DNA of 64,000 bases from Isurus oxyrinchus. Its lineage: Eukaryota. Below the pieces are notes generated by a model. It did no database searches. It worked only from the letters and a program-made list of their open reading frames with translations, and was not told the origin of the DNA. The DNA is taken from NCBI GenBank assembly GCA_026770705.1, contig JANJGN010000052.1, positions 2,604,001-2,668,000 on the forward strand. Reading direction: 5' to 3'. Positions 63,771 through 64,000 of this stretch are shown piece after piece (position 1 is the first letter of the stretch; each line of letters starts with the position of its first letter). Both the position numbers and the translations under genes were made by a program.

Positions 63771-64000
63771 ATCTTTTCACCAATTAGTTGTCCTCATGAA
63801 GATGTGTTTTCAGCCGAAGCCGTGGGTAATAATGCAGAGGTTTAAGTTTAACTCCAGAGTAAGGGCCCAGGGAGAGTCCATCGCAACCTATACAGTGAAG
63901 TGGAAGCAGGTGACTGAGCACTGGGACCTCGGAGACACACTCAATGACATGTTGCGGGGCCGATTGGTTTGTGTCGTTCACCCCAACGCCATTCAGAGCC

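Overview
Eukaryotic, repeat-rich genomic DNA. The repeat families (CR1 and L2 LINEs, Penelope, Gypsy, tRNA-SINEs and the 33-bp CAGTGCAGCACTCCCTCAGTACTGACCCT satellite) suggest a cartilaginous fish; this is inference. The window holds a + strand cluster of Siglec-like (CD33/MAG-type) Ig-superfamily receptor genes, which I assembled by hand from AG/GT splice sites and exon phases. (0) Positions 442-1656 carry two tyrosine-motif cytoplasmic exons of an upstream gene or relic. (A) Gene A runs leader 7330 (a second leader lies at 5135), V, V, C2, then a TM exon with an intramembrane Arg and a short motif-free tail; it is predicted to be an activating receptor of 403 aa. (B) Gene B runs leader 23997, V, V, V, C2, C2, C2, neutral TM, then two duplicated cytoplasmic cassettes, one ITSM-only and one ITIM+ITSM; it is predicted at 818 aa. 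(C) A divergent leader plus V exon at 62603-63770 is truncated just before the essential Arg. Genes A and B share a segmental duplication from promoter to first C2 exon and look like an activating/inhibitory Siglec pair. The inner V domains carry an extra Cys that could chain V-V interdomain disulfides. The outermost V of gene B has lost the sialic-acid-binding Arg. There are four N gaps. No prokaryotic features are present.
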